From: Alphaproteobacteria bacterium
GTDB taxonomy: Bacteria; Pseudomonadota; Alphaproteobacteria; JAAXGF01
Assembly: GCA_963555825.3 (NCBI GenBank)
Contig: CAUVXB020000002.1
Coordinates: 1,856,001 to 1,920,000 of the forward strand
Reading direction: 5' to 3'
DNA: 64,000 nucleotides
Part shown: piece after piece, positions 63,776-64,000 of the stretch
Layout: each line of letters begins with the position of its first letter
Position numbering within the stretch: the first letter of the stretch is position 1
Notes under the pieces: generated by a model
Databases searched by the model: none
What the model saw: only the letters and a program-made list of their open reading frames with translations
What the model was told of the DNA's origin: nothing
Made by a program: the position numbers and the translations under genes

Positions 63776-64000
63776 ACGACGACGCGATCTTCACGCCCGG
63801 GCTGCTCGACGGCCGATGTGCCCTGATCACCGGTGGCGGCAGCGGCATCGGCCTGGCGGTCGCCCGCGAGCTGGGCGGCCTGGGCGCCCGCGTGGTGATC
63901 GCCGCGCGCGGCGCCGAACGGCTTGTCGCCGCAACGGAAAGCCTGCGCGCTGCCGGCATCGACGCCACGGCGCATGCCGTCAACATCCGCGACGAGTCGC
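63772..64000 (+). CDS. SDR-family oxidoreductase (partial, runs off the window)
   Basis: LITGGGSGIG Rossmann motif. Confidence 0.85.
   Translation, partial: MNDDAIFTPGLLDGRCALITGGGSGIGLAVARELGGLGARVVIAARGAERLVAATESLRAAGIDATAHAVNIRDES

Overview
High-GC alphaproteobacterial chromosome segment, probably Rhodospirillales-like (inferred from gene content: yejABEF, hisN, mutL, pgi, acnA, htpG, Suv3-like helicase-hslR-terB-fdxA-carD-rpoH, pip, manC). Five accessory elements sit on this housekeeping backbone. (1) A REP-associated tyrosine transposase (RAYT) flanked by short GGGGTCAGAC-type palindromes. (2) At least 8 copies of a modular multi-hairpin intergenic repeat, several bounded by (C)TAG. (3) An IS630 element and an ISKra4/ISLre2-like element, the latter splitting a GST gene. 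(4) A decayed island after tRNA-Arg(CCT), in which one ~500-bp membrane-protein gene is split by five nested IS elements, followed by a partly deleted Zn-finger gene. (5) Structured non-coding segments: a rod-like RNA resembling an orphan IS110 left end (bridge RNA) and a suhB/MmgR-like sRNA. Family assignments come from motif recognition only; no database searches were run.
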